This document shows positions 42,797 to 56,816 of a DNA stretch of 64,000 bases, one piece after another. The position numbers were made by a program, and so were the translations under genes. Below the pieces are notes generated by a model. That model was given only the letters and a program-made list of their open reading frames with translations. It searched no databases and had not been told where the DNA came from. The DNA is taken from the NCBI RefSeq assembly GCF_009914755.1, contig NC_060930.1, one strand, 5' to 3'. The number at the start of each line of letters is the position of its first letter. Positions within the stretch are counted from its first letter, which is position 1. This DNA comes from the human T2T-CHM13v2.0 reference genome, Homo sapiens.

Positions 42797-43108
42797 GGAT
42801 GGGTGTGGTAGCTCATGCCTGTAATGCCAGCATGTTAGGAGGCTAAGGTGGGAGGATTGCTTGAGCCCAGGAGTTCAAGACCAGCCTGGGCAACATAGTG
42901 AGACCCCCACCTCTACAAAAAATGAAAAATTAATGAGCTGTGGTGGTGCATACCTGTAGTCCCAGCTACTTGGAGAGGCTGAGGTGGGAGGATCATTTGA
43001 GCCCCAGGAGTTCGAGGTTACAGTGAGCTATGATTGCATCACTGCACTCCAGCCTGGGTGACAGAGTGAGATCCTATCGCAAAACAAAACAAAAAAATAA
43101 CAAAAAAA
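42797..43108 (+). mobile_element. Alu (J)
   Basis: Sense Alu; TSD aactgttcaggg. Confidence 0.88.
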
Positions 43109-43165
43109 GAACTGTTCAGGGCAGCTTTTCATTTTCCATACTCATAGAAGGTGCAAGTGGTCTAG

Positions 43166-43514
<349 letters not shown>

Positions 43515-44941
43515 CTGGAGTTTACTAAATGTTCTTTAGCAGATACAGATTTATCTTCCTAATTATGTTTAGTTCTGAGTATTATCTAATAATTATAATA
43601 GCTAATAATAGTGTTTACTTTGTACCAGGAAGTGGTCTAAATGTTTTTATGTATTAACTGACTCAATCCTCAAAAAGATCCTATGAAGTAGCTATTATTA
43701 TTATTCTAAAATTACACAGGGAAACTGAATAAAGAGAGTTTATGTGCTCATCTAAAATCACACAGTCACACAGCTAGTATGTGGGAGAGCCAGGATTCTA
43801 ACCCAGGTGCTCTGGTTCCAACTATATTAAAATTGGCTTTCATTTTCAGAGTACTAATTTATTAACAGTAGGTGGTGGTGGGCTAGAAGTGTATTTAGAA
43901 GTGGATTTAAAATATATGTGTTCTTCATTAGCATATTTTGTTACTTCTGTTTAAAATTAGTATATTCATATTACTGCAGTTAGATGTAGGACCTTTTCTT
44001 AGATGTGTAAAATTGCAGGCAGCCCAGTGATATATTCATTTGATTTGCTGTATTAAAACTCTTACGTAAGAAATAAAACCCAATGGCATCATGAATGAGA
44101 CAATTCACATAATTCTTATAACACAGATAAAAATGCTACAAACTATTTCTTAGTAATAAAATCTGTAAAGTTCTGATAAGGTTAGGTGTGTAAAAGAAGC
44201 TAATAATAATTTATATTTTAAACGTGTATCCTCTAATCATGAAGAGCTATCATTAGCCACATTAATCATTAGACATATTGTTGAGAGATATAGTGATGAA
44301 ATAGATGCACGAACACACCAGATAAGTTTGCCTTAATTCATAATGATATGGTCAGATATATTGCCGAGGCCACCTTGCTCTTAGTTTACCCCATTTTGTA
44401 GGTCTTACAAATATATGTTGTGGAAAGAAAACATATCTATTTCTACACACTCTTAGCTTTTTAATTTTAAACACGCTGTACTATTTTTCTTAGAAATTAG
44501 CATTAAAATACTATTTGAGGCATTAACTTAAAATTGTTTACTATTAATATCTCAAAGAGAAACAGAATAAGAATTATTTTTGCTCTGTGGTTTTATGTGT
44601 AATGTTAACTAGTTGTGCAGAACTTCAGTAGAGAAGCAATTTGATACAGTAGCAAAGTTTTTCTGCTTTTCTGTTTTATCGTGTAAAATAAGGGATTCAG
44701 TTAAAGCAGGGTTGCATATGCACACAGGCATTGGGCTGTGGGTTGAGCCCAGACTTCTTTTCACAATCCTTCTTAAGGCATTGTGTGCAGGCAGTTACTG
44801 TGGTCTATTAGAGGTGATCCCAAAGATGAAACCAACCGAATAGGATTGAATGTAAGGTAAAGTGGTTCTTTCCTTCCTTTTTCAAAATAACACCTCAGAA
44901 AATATATCTGAATTTTCACAAAGTCTCTGTGAGGTACTCTA

Positions 44942-45243
44942 TTTTGTTTTGTTTTGTTTTGTTTTTTGGAGACAGTCTCACTCCATTGTCCAGGCTGGAG
45001 TGCAGTGGCATCGTCTTGGGTAACTGCAACCTCAGCCTCCTGGGTTCAAGCGATTTTGTGCCTCATCCTCCCAAGTAGCTGAGACTACAGGCTTGTGCTA
45101 CCATGCCTGTCTAATTTTTGTATTTTTAGAGGAGATGGGGTTTCACCTTATTGCCCAGGCTGGTCTCACACTCCTGACCTCAAGTGGTCTTCCTGCTTCA
45201 GCCTCCCAAAGTGCTGGGATTACAGGTGTGAGCCACCATGCCC
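44942..45243 (-). mobile_element. Alu (S)
   Basis: Antisense Alu with (TTTTG)n tail. Confidence 0.88.
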
Positions 45244-45519
45244 TGCAGGGGAACTGTATTTTGAACAGTAAACTACTATTCAAGAAGACATGGCTTGGAA
45301 GCTCAATTAATGGATTGTAGTTTTGCGTGCATATGGAAGCCCTGATAGAATCTGTTAAAAAAAAAAAAAAGATGATGGCATTTCACACAGATTTAGTAAT
45401 TATTTCTGGGAGCATGCTTTGTAATTAGAATTGTTAGATGTTGTAAATGAGTCTTACAAGGATTACTTTAAAAAGTGGTATTGTAAACGCTTCTCAGATG
45501 ACCTTTTGTTAAGGATCAG

Positions 45520-45833
45520 TTTATTTTATTTTATTTTTTATTTTTTATTTTTGAGACGGAGTCTCCCTATGTCGCCCAGGCTGGACTGCAGTGGCGCCAT
45601 CTCGGCTCACTCCAAGCTCTGCCTCCTGGGTTCATGCCATTCTCCTGCCTCAGCCTCCTGAGGAGCTGGGACTACAGGTGCCCGCCAGCACACCCAGCTA
45701 ATTTTTTATATTTTTAGTAGAGACGAGGTTTCACCGTGTTAGCCAGGATGGTCTTGATCTCCTGACCTCGTGATTCGCCCGCCTCGGCCTCCCAAAGTGC
45801 TGGGATTACAGGCGTGAGCCACCGAGCCTGGCC
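45520..45833 (-). mobile_element. AluY
   Basis: Antisense; TSD aaggatcagttt. Confidence 0.9.
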
Positions 45834-46181
45834 AAGGATCAGTTTTTAAAAAAAAATTTCCTGTTTGTTGCCAATGGATACTTTTGTAAAATACAATAAA
45901 AATGAAATTATTAGAAAATGAAATAAAAGAAAAGACCTACAAAGTAGGAATCAAAATTCAGCAGACCAAATTATTCTGCCCCATTGCTATGGAAGTTTCC
46001 AAAGCATTCTCTTAATTTTTGCAACAAATAGTTTATAGTGTGACAGTGGCCCCAGACCAAAACTTTGTGTGGCAGTAGGGTTATACCCTAGAAGTTACAA
46101 ACATACCTATACAGGATGGTTGAAGAAATGATCTTTCTTAGTGTTATGAACATTGTGGTGCCGGGAGCTGTGCTTCAGATC

Positions 46182-46380
46182 ATGAGTCAGCTCACTATGG
46201 CCCTCAGGCCAAATCTGGTTAACCACCCTGCTTTGAAAATAAAGCAGGAACACAACTGTACCCACTCATTTATGTTTTGTCTACAGCAGAGTTGAGTAGT
46301 TAACGGCAGAGACTATGTCATCTGCAATGCCTAAACTATTTACTATGAGGTCCTTTACAGAAATGTTTGCAAACTCCTGC
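46182..46380 (+). mobile_element. MER58A hAT-Charlie element
   Basis: ggccaaatctgg...gcagagttgagtagtt...atttactat..cctttacagaaa..tttgc..actcctg. Confidence 0.7.
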
Positions 46381-46499
46381 TTTAGATTTGAAAATGACAC
46401 TGATGAATGATTGCTACTTATATATTGCTTGTTTTTTTTTCTGACTGTATTATCTTTGTTTAAATGTATTAGACGTATTGTTTGACTTTTTTCCTCTAG

Positions 46500-46639
46500 T
46501 CACTGATGAACCTCAAATAAATTTGAAGAGAAGTCAAGAAAATGAATGGGTCAAGAGTGATCAAGTAAAGAAGAGGAAAAAAAAGAGAAAAGATTATCAA
46601 CCCAACTATTTCCTGTCCATTCCAATCACCAACAAAGAG
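46500..46639 (+). CDS. AKAP7: AKAP7 coding exon 3 (140 nt; ITDEPQ...VKKRKKKRKDYQPNYFLSIPITNKE), with NLS and start of the 2H phosphoesterase domain
   Basis: ttttttcctctag| acceptor; weak donor GAG|gtgcta at 46640; overlaps ORF 46478..46684; phase 1/0. Confidence 0.97.
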
Positions 46640-46826
46640 GTGCTATTTTTAAAAAGTTATTTTTACTGTGAAATTTTATTCTAAATTTAAAGTACAACTA
46701 AATGCTTATTAGCCCACTTGCTCTTAGCTTTTAAGAGTATTTGGTGGCATTTTAGCAGGACTGTCCAGGGAATATTTCTGTTTAAGTAATAGAAATGTAT
46801 TTAAACAACAGGTTTGGAAAATATCA

Positions 46827-46943
46827 TTTGTTTTTCTGAGACAGGGTCTTGCTCTGGCACCCAGGCTGGAGTGCAGTGGCACAGTCATAGCTCACTGCAG
46901 CTTTGAACTCCTGGACTCAAGCAGTCTTTCCACCTCAGCCTCC
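46827..46943 (-). mobile_element. Alu right-arm fragment
   Basis: Partial antisense Alu. Confidence 0.75.
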
Positions 46944-47748
46944 AAAAATATTTAGACAATCATATTTAAACGGTAATTTTGCAAAATCCACTTGAAAAAG
47001 TGTTGCCAGATGGCATGTCAAGGTCATTTGCAAGTGTTTGTTCATTTTATCTGAGGGAACTTTTGGAAGTAGAGAGAAATGACCAGTTGAAAAAAGAGGA
47101 TTCTGAGATCTCTGTTGGGAAGGTAAACTGGGGTTTCTTGCTGCTTAATCTTGTTTATTATAGTGATTATTTCAACATAGTTTCTTTAAAAAATTACTCA
47201 GTATTGTAACAACTTAATATTGCACCATTAAACTTGGTAAAAATCTATTAAAATCTGAAAAATTAATGCAATAAATAATAGGAAATGGAACTAGCCAGTT
47301 AGCTCATACTGAGAAACCCCTGAGAGAGAAAACTACTGCATCTCATTACAACCACTGAAGCGGTGAGGTAGGAATTAAAATCCCTCAGGAAAGAACACCT
47401 CACTTGGAAGACTGACTGTTTTTACCCTTTGGCCCAATTACGAGCCAGATTTGAATTTCTGTTTGATTGTGGGTGATAATCTCTTTGACCAGGCACATTT
47501 CCACATTGCCTTTCCCCTTGTTTAACTAGAATGTCTCTAGGGAATGCTAACAAATTGTTAAAAATCAAATCAAAATTAAAATGAAAGAAATATCAAAAGA
47601 AAAAATAAATTATTTTGGGTCATTCTAGGAAATATCTAGTCTGTGAGACACAGTTTAGCTGGGGAGAAGATATACATAACAAGAGAAGAGTTACCTAGCC
47701 ATATAAGATTTTAGATTTGATGTACTGAAGAATCATATTCTGATTTTA

Positions 47749-48190
<442 letters not shown>

Positions 48191-50264
48191 TTATACATTT
48201 TATTAAAATACTTGCAAGTTTGGTTTGAAATTTAGGATCACGTATACCTGTGGGGATTAGAAGAGCTCAGGGAGTGAAAGGTGCTGCTGCTTTCATGAGC
48301 AGCCAGACAGAAGCCAGGTCCTAAGGACACTGAATGTCAGACAGTTGAAGTGACTTCCCTATGGACACATGATTTGTGATTGGAAGAGAATCCAGGTTCT
48401 GTATTTTGATTTGACAGATGTTCGATGAACACCTCTGGGTGTCACTTTCCCTAGGCCGCTCATTTTCTGCTTCTCCCTTCACCTGTATTCCTTACTCCTA
48501 GGGGAGACTGAGCAGCATCTCTGCATCACCCCCATGTCTGCCCTCTCTCCCCTCCTAGCTGTGTTATGGCTTCTTACCCCTTCCGGAGAAGACTGATGGG
48601 ATGATGTGCTGATGGGATAGGGAAGGTGGGGAAGGGGATTGAGAGGAAGGAAGAGAAAAAAATTCTTTCCTTTCACCACTAACTTCTAGGCTTTGCATCA
48701 CAAAGGTGAAGGGAGAAAGGGGATGAGAGTCCTGTCCGCAGCTTTTAGTTTTCATCCTTTAACCTGCTGTAGCCTTTGTTTCTGCCTCTCTACCCCTGTA
48801 AAGTTGTGTAGATGCTGGAAAGAGTGCAGGCTTTGGGTCTGACAGACTTGTTAGTCCCAGCTGAGTCACAGACTCCGCTGCATGTGCAGGTCAGGTTACC
48901 TAAATTTTTCAAGTTTCAGTTTGTTCAGGTGTAAAATGAGGTGGGTGATAATACCTCCTTTAGATGACTATTTTTTAAACCCGAATATAGCCGTGTCACC
49001 AACCTGCTTATATACTTCAGGATTTTCCCATCGATAGGATAAAGACAACCTCTTTTCCATGTTCTCTGAGGTTTTGTCGTTGTTCGTCTCTCCTTCAGCC
49101 CTTGCTTTTTCTGCCCGAGCTCTTCTACCCTTCCTTGGGCTTGCCAGGTTCCCTTGGCCCCAGGAAAAGCCTTCTCTGGCTGGAGCTTTCTCTTTGCTCC
49201 TCTTGGTTTTGTTAATGCCGGAATCTCAGCTCAAACCTCTCTACCCATGACCACCTCGTCTAGGTCAACTATCCCTTTCCTTGCCCCATTCCTGTCAGCT
49301 AAAGGCTTTCACAGCTTTCTGTATGCCATTTGTCATCCTTGCAACTTGACACTTGTCTTCCTCACAAGGTTTTTAGTGCATGCCCATACCTAGACTGGTG
49401 TTTGTTCAAGAGTAGGTGCGCACACATACACGCTCTTTCGCTCTCGCTCTCTCTCTCTCTCTGCTGCTGTTTCATGGCAAAAGCGTGTTTCTGTCATTCC
49501 AAGTTATAACCAGAATACTTAAAAATAATAAATACAGTGTAATGGTGGTTTCATAATACAGGTTCAACAGCAGTTACTGGTTTTGGAGGAGGTAGGGTAA
49601 CTTATAATAGAGGGAAATGCAGGTTTCAAGTGACCTTGAAACCAAATAATGTAATGTTTCCTTTTCAAGAGACTTATTTGTAGTTAATCACTTAGAAAGC
49701 TTACATACAAATATGGGGAAGAGATGTAGTCAGGCAAGATTAGGAGTTATATTTTGTATCTTCTACATGAGCACATTTTTGTTTGTTTGTTTTAAAGTGT
49801 CTAATGTTAATTTTCTTTTTAAACTACTTATGAGCTTTTGTGGGAAGGCTTGGGAAAAGAATTAGCATTTATAACATTGTTTCAATGGAAGACTGTATTC
49901 CAAGTTCCAATTAAGTGACCTGCAAACAAGCTTTTGGAAGCTAGCACATTCACAATGAGTTGCTCTACTTTTGGCCTCTACGTGTTGGCATCTAGTTTTA
50001 AAGAAAAAAGTATCCAGAATTCCACTGGTCTTTGATTTTAAACACATTCTTAGAAGTTCGGAATTCTTTATTAGTGGAAAATCTTGATTTCATATTTTAA
50101 GCAATAGAATTGGAAAGTGGATTAGGATGGCTGCATACAAATATCCTAATTGGAAGTATATGAAAATATGTGTTTCCATTAACTTTCAATTGCATGTTAG
50201 TTTAAAAAGAAAAGAAGAAAACATTTTGATGGGGGTACAGTAAATCCTAAATGTTTCTTAGGTG

Positions 50265-50445
50265 AGCTCAGATATGGAGGGTGGTTAGACACCAAGGGTG
50301 GGGGATTTCTTGAAACTGACATAGCAGCATTCTTGCTCAAACTAAATTCTACAAGGACAGAGAGAGAAGCCCATGGTTAGGCCTAGTCAAGCAGAAGACT
50401 TGGAGGGGCCTGACTAAAGTTTTGGTCAAAGGAGAGAGTCTGTCA
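50265..50445 (-). mobile_element. MER31/MER67-like LTR 5' fragment
   Basis: Reverse complement tgacagactctctcctttgaccaaaactttagtcaggc...gactaggcct. Confidence 0.6.
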
Positions 50446-51521
50446 ATGGGAAGTGAGATCCAAGGACAGCATCTCATGATTTGCACAATCACATTCCGCA
50501 GATAATGGGAACATTGTTCAGGATAAAACAGCTACTTTGGTATCAGAACAGTTTGCTATGCTCATGAGTCAGTTTTTTCTTATCTCTGCTTTTTTATGGA
50601 TTCTGCATTGACTGTCAGCCCCCACTCTTTCCCTTTTTTTCTATTGTGCTGCCTCAGGGCTTCTGTCTTCTGTTCCCTTAGGGCTTCTCTGTGCTCTCTT
50701 TTCTCTGTTGTTTTTTTTCTGGGTTTGCTATTTTGTATTCAGACTACTTTCAAATGTACTCACATTTAGAAGTTGACTAGAATTGCATCTAACTGGAAGT
50801 GGAGGAGGGAAGATGCATCATTCCTCTCCCTGTTTCAGAGGAGCAGGTGCTGAGAGAGGAAGGGAGATGGTGGACCAGGTCTGTGGGGATTTCTCCTGGA
50901 TGCAGATTCTGTTTTTCTAATGTGTGCATTTGGACTTCTTTGCAACTCTTCATGGTAATGCCCCTCCCCACAGGTATGGAAAAATGACAGTAGTCATTTC
51001 TACTGAAATTATTGCTGTCGTAAAAAATCTTAAAGGCCATGAGGAACGGGTTCACAGACACATTCACTTGGAGACAAATAATTATTGCTTCTAACAGAAA
51101 TGGAATGTTGTCTGCTGGCTTGACCTTTCTGTGGCAAGAATAAAGCCTTATTCTTAGGAAAGATCATAGTTATTGAGTCATATTGGGTATTCCAAGGACA
51201 AATTTCTGAAAAGATGCAGGGCCATTGAGAGGTTTTTCCAGTCAGATAGCAATCTGATCTGCAAAATAAGGGTGTTGGGTTCAGTACTGTTAAGATAGAC
51301 AATCATCATGCTTTAAAACTTACACATCCTTTTAAGCTGTCCCAGTCAACTATCTGTTTGAGAACAAGTAGACAATTAAGCATTCATTTGGTTGAAGAAT
51401 CTTAACATTGTTCTAATTTTGGTTGTTGCTTATTTTTCTTCTTGATTTTACATTTTACCATAAAGAAATTTTGCTTACCTAATCACTGGAATTTTTTTTA
51501 TATGTGTGTATGTGTTATTAG

Positions 51522-51659
<138 letters not shown>

Positions 51660-52809
51660 TGAGTAATGTATCTTTCTTAAATATAATTTTCCAAATTATT
51701 ACTTTAATATGAGTAAGCACAGCAGAACCCAAAGAGACATTCTAAATTTTAAAGAAGTAGTCTCTATACAATTTATTCCAATTAATAGTTAATATACAGA
51801 ATAAACTGTATAAATATTCTTTTTAATCTAAACTTTTAAACTCTGTTATGGTTATCAAGTGGTAGCCCTTGGTTATGTAATTGTTTTGTCCGTGCTCATA
51901 ATATAAGCACTCTGGACTTGACCATTTAGCTTAAAATTCTAGATACATATTCTGGAATCATGGCAAAACCACCTCTTATTATCTGCCTTACTTTGGGCAA
52001 ATCATGTACTTTCTAAGTAAATGAAGAAAATAATAGTACCAATACATGCAAGAGCTCTTTGCCTGGGGCCTGGCACATAGTAGGCACTCTATTATTAGCT
52101 ATAAGAGCTGCCATTTTACTAAGCCACTGGACAATTTCAGTTTCATCTTAGTCATTTTTAGAGTCACTGTACTCTACCTACCCCCACCGCCCCCATGCCA
52201 GGGTTCTGCCATAAAGGTTGAAGACAACTCATTGATTACTGCTTTCCAATCTGGAAGAAACCTTGTTCTTCCCCCAATTTTCTGGGACATTCTTATCCGT
52301 ACTTAGATTTTCCCTTCCTCTGTTACCTCCTATATAGCTCACTGTGTTAAGTTCAAGCCTAAGATGTATGGAAAACCAAAGCCAGGATGAATGCAGGTTG
52401 CTTTTGTTTTCTACTTTGACAGCTATATTTCCTGAGGGAATGAGGAGCAAGGCTTGAATTAGGAAGGGATTGAGGAAAAGGTAAAATAAAAGGGATAAGA
52501 TAAAAGACATTAATAACTCAAAATATCTAACCCCATTATGATTATTGTAGTTATGTCTTTTAAACAGTAGAACCTCATGTCTTTAGAGGTCAATCTTATG
52601 ATCTGTCCCAAGCTGATGTACCCAAAGCAGCCTTGAGCATCCTGCAAGGACAGAGAGGAGGGGAGATTTTACTTGCCTGACTTTGTCTGATCACTTTGCC
52701 AATCAGAAGAAAAAAGAAGTTCTCTGATGCTCTTGAAAGAGCATCCAAAGAGAATCCAAAGAAGATACTACGCAAAATGAAAGGTTGAGAGAAGGGAGTA
52801 GTGCTCTGT

Positions 52810-53115
52810 GTGTGTTAGAATGGTCAGGATTCTCCAGAGAAACAGCACCAATAGGAGCGTATCTATGTAGATATCTATCTGTATCTGTCTGTGTAGACAT
52901 GTATATCTTTATGTAGAGAGATTTATTTTAAAGAATTGTCTCCCATGATTGAGGGAGAAGTCTGAAATCTTCAGGGCAGTCTGGAAGGGAAGAGTTGATG
53001 TCGTAGTCTCAAGACCTCAGTCAGTCTGGGGACAGAATTCCTTCTTAGGAGACTCCAGTCTTTTCTATTAAGGCCTTTAGCTGATTGGTTTGGGTCCACC
53101 CCTATTCTGGAGGGG
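52810..53115 (-). mobile_element. MLT2 (ERVL) LTR fragment
   Basis: ttctccagagaaacagcaccaatagga...aaggcctttagctgattgg. Confidence 0.7.
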
Positions 53116-54096
53116 CAGAGGTGTCAACTTTTAATTGATGGTGAGGTTCAAGGTGTGACCTCACTTTGGGGCAGCTAGAATGGAATTGATGAGGTTTCTG
53201 GGAAGACATTGTTTATGTGAACAATTTATTAAAAGTCTCTGATTTTTAACTTTTTATCCTATACTGTATGTTAGACATCTAGATTGTCCATTTCTTGTCC
53301 TATATTGATTCCTAATTTTCAAAGTCTAATATCAAGTTTTAGTTGTTTAATAGTATACTGATCAGTGGATTGGATATGGAATGTGCAGATACTTAAAAAA
53401 ATCATTAATTTCTTGAGGTAGATGTCACCTAAACTCGTTTGTATCCTTACAGTGTAGAAGAAAGGAATAGAAATATATTAGGCTAAGCCCTGCTGCTGAT
53501 TTGAAAAGACTTACAAATGTCCTGTCTTAGTTTGAAATACAACCTTTGGGTCTGAACTCCAGTTTGAGAATTTCGTTTCTTATATGCATATACTTTTTAC
53601 TTACTTTACCTTAAAGAAGCCTTTTCATAAGCCCCTCTTAAAAACATATTCTGTTTAAAATATTTTGAAAGTTAGTGATACTCCCAGTAGACACTGATTC
53701 CTTCTTACTCTGTGAATCAGTGGCATCTTATTAGCACAAATTTACTGATTTATACTACTAGAGAACTGGAAAAATGGACCGAATTTAGATCATCTATATT
53801 TCTTTAAAGAATAACGACATAGAATTCACTGTCTCTGAAAAGTCTTAACCTTTCTCATGGTCTGCTTTAACATATAGTTTCATTTAAAACAAATATCTTG
53901 AATTCCCCCAACTTATAAATGAGCCAGGAATAGCTGTTCTGTTATCACATGCTTTAATTCATAGCACACAGTGAAGGAAAATACTGACTTAAAAGTATGT
54001 GCACTGTTTGGATGAACATAACTACAGTTAGGTAATAGTGAATTTAAACTGGATTTGGAGGTACAATGAGAAATGTTGACATTTACATAGATATAC

Positions 54097-54152
54097 TAAA
54101 GTATAGTGCATTTGTCATTTCCAAAGCGAAATGACAAATGCACAATACTTTA
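54097..54152. repeat. Near-perfect inverted repeat: 25-bp arms, 1 mismatch, 6-nt loop
   Basis: taaagtatagtgcatttgtcatttc-caaagc-gaaatgacaaatgcacaatacttta. Confidence 0.93.
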
Positions 54153-54417
54153 CAATTTTGGAAATGAGAAATGTACCATACTTATAGCTATGTAATTTTT
54201 CAGAGAAATGAGACTGAGTATAGAAGTCATAGATGAAAATCAGTTAAAAACTTTACCTGAAGACTAATTTAGAAATACGAAAGATCAAGAAAAATGCTGA
54301 TTTTTTCAAACACTTGGCTGAACAAATCACTGATCAAAATAATTTAAACGAATAGCAATCCACTGGAAGGGTGTTTTAAAGCCCTGTATGAATGTGCTTA
54401 GTTCTTTTTTAAGTAAT

Positions 54418-54433
54418 GGCTGCCCTCTAGTGA
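54418..54433 (-). promoter_or_regulatory. CTCF core motif match in intron 4
   Basis: Reverse complement tcactagagggcagcc; occupancy unknown. Confidence 0.45.
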
Positions 54434-54569
54434 TATTTCATTTTTTTCTCAAAGTACCTACACCAAAATTCTCTTCAGGATAGAAGTAATTCTGATTTTC
54501 CAAATATCAAAAATCTCGTAATGTCCAATTCAATAATATTGTAAACATTTGTTTTTATTAAGAAAAATG

Positions 54570-54930
54570 TGGCTGGACACAGTGGCTCACACCTGTAATC
54601 CCAGCAATTTGGGAGGCCAAGGCAGGAGCATCACTTGAGCCTGGGAGTTTGAGACCAGCTTTCACAGCATAGGGGGACCTCTCTATAAATAATTAAAAAA
54701 AAATAGCCAGGCATGGTGGCATACACCTGTGTATTCCAGCTACTCAGGAGGCTGAGGCAGGAGGATCACCTGAGCCCAGGAGGTCAAGGCTTCAGTCAGC
54801 TGTGATCACACCACTGCACTCCAGCTTGGGTGACAGAGAACCTGTCTGAAAAAAAGAAGAGAGAAAGAGACAGAAGGAGACAGAAAGAGAGAGAGAGAGA
54901 GAGAGGGAGAAAAGAAGAAGGAAGAAGGAA
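54570..54930 (+). mobile_element. Alu (J) with (GA)n-rich tail
   Basis: Sense Alu followed by a purine microsatellite. Confidence 0.85.
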
Positions 54931-55473
54931 AGATATCGCACTTCTAACACATAGCAGGCGTATAATTGCATAGGCTAAATAGCTAAAGTATATATGGCAA
55001 ACTTACATAGTTACAATTGGGGAATATAATTAAACTTGTATTTTATTTGAGTCTAAGTATAGCAAATTATCTAATTATAGAGACTGTTATATTTTAAGGG
55101 ATAGTGTGCTTTAACTTTTATTAGAGTGCCTCACAAATATATGTACTGTAAAAGTATTAGTACTTTCATCAAAAATCTAGAACTTGACACATAATCTAAT
55201 GTAAGCTCTTGTAGGTACTCAGTTTTTTGGGATATATTTTCAGTAATTTTTTGAGTTGTTCATATAATATTTCACTTGGTTAAAAATCTTTTGGTAAACT
55301 GTAAAATAGTGTCTACTTTCATGTCTTTAATAGTGATTATAATTAGGTAAAGATTTCTTTACTTCTTCCATAGTTTTTGTTTAAAACTGTCAGTTTTAAT
55401 CATAAAGTTTAGATTTAGAAGGTATTTTGAGCCTTAAAATAATTAGTACAAATATCAAAATTCATCTTTCTAA

Positions 55474-55788
<315 letters not shown>

Positions 55789-56521
55789 TGACATTTTTAA
55801 ATTTTAAAAGATGATGGACTAGACTCAAGTATTTTTTAGGACTGTCCCAATCATAAGTCTGAAGGATTTCAGTGCTTATCATAACATTTGACATACAGTT
55901 GGCACTTGGTAGGTACTGAATCAATGAATAGGAGTTATTGGTTGCCTATTCAGAGGCTTGTGGGAGTTGTCATCCCCATTGCAGAGAGCCAGTTGGTGAA
56001 TCAGCAAGGTTTCCATTTATGCTGCTCCCCTCCACCCAGTCCCCTGGAGGGACTACTCTCTGAGCAGAAGGACCATTGGTGTTAGCAGAAGACCTCATAT
56101 GTGTTGGAGAACATGTTGCCTTGTGCAGCACAATTGAAAGTGTCAGGGAATTGGAAGCAGAAAAAAAATCATAACCTGGATGAGTGACTTCAGTTTGATC
56201 CAGAGATAATAGGTTGGGTATTAGCCTACATGCTGTGAGAAATTTTTATTTTCACTTCATTTCATGTCATGTCATGTCATGTCATTTCATGTCATCTCAT
56301 TGCAGGTTCAATAATCCTTGGTTCATAACACACTTGCATTATTGGTCTATGCTTGGTCCACTTTTATCTGTGTTTTTTTTTCTTTCTATCTATTATTCCT
56401 TCTTTGCTTTTCTTTCTCTGCCCCCTCTTTCCTCTCTTCTTGCTTCCATCCCTCCTTCTCTTTGTGTATCTACGTTTCTCTCTCTATCTCTTAAAAAGCA
56501 ATGTAATAATAACCTGGGAAT

Positions 56522-56816
56522 GGTGGGAATTGAACAATGAGAACACATGGACACAGGAAGGGGAACATCACACTCTGGGGACTGTTGTGGGGTGGGGGGA
56601 GGGGGGAGGGATAGCATTGGGAGATATACCTAATGCTAGATGACGAGTTAGTGGGTGCAGCGCACCAGCATGTCACATGTATACATATGTAACTAACCTG
56701 CACATTGTGCACATGTACCCTAAAACTTAAAGTATAATTTAAAAAAAAAAGAAAAAAAAAAGAAACAATCATCTATAGGAATGAATAGAGCAGAATCTGG
56801 AAAAAAAGAAAAAAAA
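56522..56816 (+). mobile_element. 5'-truncated young L1PA (PA2/PA3-like) 3' end with a 35-bp 3' transduction
   Basis: Near-consensus L1PA 3'UTR with G-rich tract; first A-tail, unique 56766-56800, second A-tail; TSD aataataacct(g/a)ggaat at 56505-21 and 56817-33. Confidence 0.9.
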
